A DNA stretch of 64,000 bases, from contig MFEK01000016.1 of assembly GCA_001779925.1 (NCBI GenBank), forward strand, positions 78,504 through 142,503, written 5' to 3'. The translations under genes and the position numbers were made by a program. This DNA comes from Candidatus Doudnabacteria bacterium RIFCSPHIGHO2_01_FULL_46_14. GTDB lineage: Bacteria; Patescibacteriota; Doudnabacteria; UBA920; 2-01-FULL-46-14. The notes below the pieces were generated by a model, which was not told where the DNA came from, did not search any database, and saw nothing but the letters and a program-made list of their open reading frames with translations. Of the stretch, positions 62,911 to 64,000 are shown in pieces. Within the stretch, counting starts at the first letter, position 1. The number at the start of each line of letters is the position of its first letter.

Positions 62911-64000
62911 ATGAAAATGGTTTGTACAAAAAAAAATCTAAATTCAGGACTCGCTATCACTTCACGGGTAATTGGCTCAGGGAATACCCTCCCTATTTTA
63001 AATAATATTTTATTTAAAACCGAGGAGGGGAGATTAAGATTATCAAGCACCAACCTGGAAATGGCGATTAATACCTGGGTGGGGGGTAAAATCGAGGAAG
63101 AGGGTGAGATTACAGTTCCTGCACGATTGATAAATGATTATGTAAACAACATAGTTTCAGAAAAAATAACCATAACCAGCAAAAACCAAACCCTGCTTTT
63201 AGAAGCACAAAACACCCAGACGCATATCAAAGGACTTTCTCCGGAAGAATTTCCACTCATTCCTGAAATAAAAGAGGATGGTTTTGTTAAAATTGACGGA
63301 AAGGAATTGTCCGCGGCAATAAAAGAGGTGACCTTTTCCGCGGCTTTTTCCGAAACCCAGCCGGAAATTTCCGGGGTATTGTTTGTTTTTGAGGAGAACA
63401 CCCTAACCTTGGCCGCTACTGACCGTTATCGTCTTGCGGAAGCAAAGGTTAAACTGCAGTCACCAATTACATCTGCCAAACAGGTTATAGTGCCGGCAAG
63501 AGCCGTAAACGAGATCGGCCGGGTCATGGGATCAGGGGTGGTAGAAATCTTTCTTGGGGAAGGGCAGATCTGTTTCCGCGCGCCGGATATTGAGCTTATT
63601 TCAAGGCTTATTGAAGGGCAATATCCGGATTATAAACAGATTATCCCCAAAAATTACGCTACTGAGGCAGAGGTTTCTCGTGAGGAGTTTATTCAGTCTT
63701 TGAAGGCGGCAAGTCTGTTTGCCTCGGAAAATAATAATATTGAGCTTGATCTTAATCCACAAAACAAGCTCATTACCATCAAATCACAATCATCACAGGT
63801 CGGTGATAGTGAGATAGGTTTGGAAGCAAAATTCTCTGGACAGAAAAATAACATCATATTTAATTATCGCTATCTTTTGGAATGCTTGGGAAACCTTTCG
63901 GATGAAAAGGTTATGCTCAAGATCATTGGCGCTTCTTCTCCGGCCGCGATTGTGCCTATGGGGCGCGAAAATTATCTCTACATCGTAATGCCGATCAAAA
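62911..64000 (+). CDS. dnaN: DNA polymerase III beta sliding clamp; the 3' end lies outside the window
   Basis: Open frame from ATG 62911 to the window end. TLPILNNILFKTEEGRLRLSSTNLE and RAPDIELISRLIEGQYPDY patterns. Confidence 0.85.
   Translation, partial: MKMVCTKKNLNSGLAITSRVIGSGNTLPILNNILFKTEEGRLRLSSTNLEMAINTWVGGKIEEEGEITVPARLINDYVNNIVSEKITITSKNQTLLLEAQNTQTHIKGLSPEEFPLIPEIKEDGFVKIDGKELSAAIKEVTFSAAFSETQPEISGVLFVFEENTLTLAATDRYRLAEAKVKLQSPITSAKQVIVPARAVNEIGRVMGSGVVEIFLGEGQICFRAPDIELISRLIEGQYPDYKQIIPKNYATEAEVSREEFIQSLKAASLFASENNNIELDLNPQNKLITIKSQSSQVGDSEIGLEAKFSGQKNNIIFNYRYLLECLGNLSDEKVMLKIIGASSPAAIVPMGRENYLYIVMPIK

Noticed and set aside
62987-63035. ccctcc...ggagggg hairpin inside dnaN
   Set aside because: It encodes the conserved clamp N-terminus (TLPILNNILFKTEEGRLRL). 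This is native sequence, not an inserted element.
1-64000. CRISPR arrays, rRNA genes, IS elements with transposases
   Set aside because: No regularly spaced direct repeats, no rRNA-like conserved stretches and no transposase-like ORFs were seen. Mobility signals are limited to the recombinase fragment, the homing endonuclease and the miniature repeats.

Overview
This 64 kb window comes from a small-genome bacterium of about 45% GC. It contains the replication-origin neighbourhood, with rpmH-rnpA-yidD-yidC-jag on the minus strand and dnaA-dnaN on the plus strand, the two sets flanking DnaA-box clusters. Gene content loosely resembles CPR/Patescibacteria-like lineages: a 228 aa YidC, many TrmB-like regulators, a four-helix-bundle protein, a beta-CASP RNase and a LAGLIDADG endonuclease. 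That assignment is low confidence. Housekeeping genes include infB-rbfA-nrnA, rpsA, gyrA, tyrS, PBP1A, ruvC, yebC, rnhB, and the rpmH/rnpA/yidD/yidC/jag cluster. I read 13 tRNAs by hand, plus one duplicated 3' half of tRNA-Arg that sits next to a truncated serine-recombinase remnant. Other content: six TrmB-family paralogues, two ECF sigma/anti-sigma-like pairs, BrnT/BrnA and HigB/HigA-like toxin-antitoxin pairs, and a free-standing double-motif LAGLIDADG homing endonuclease abutting tRNA-Leu. A repeat-dense accessory island at roughly 20.5-29.3 kb carries genes of unknown function. The most striking signal is a set of short palindromic repeat families. GC-rich CCCCTCC...GGAGGGG-type hairpin elements recur as terminators but are also inserted in-frame inside intact coding genes: two O-antigen-ligase paralogues, a FemAB-like gene and ruvC, with one overlapping the 3' end of a DUF559 gene. 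A TACGAAT-heptamer element fills several intercistronic gaps. TTCACGATCGTGAA-core perfect palindromes and an exactly duplicated terminator module flank cargo genes in the island. No CRISPR array and no rRNA were found.
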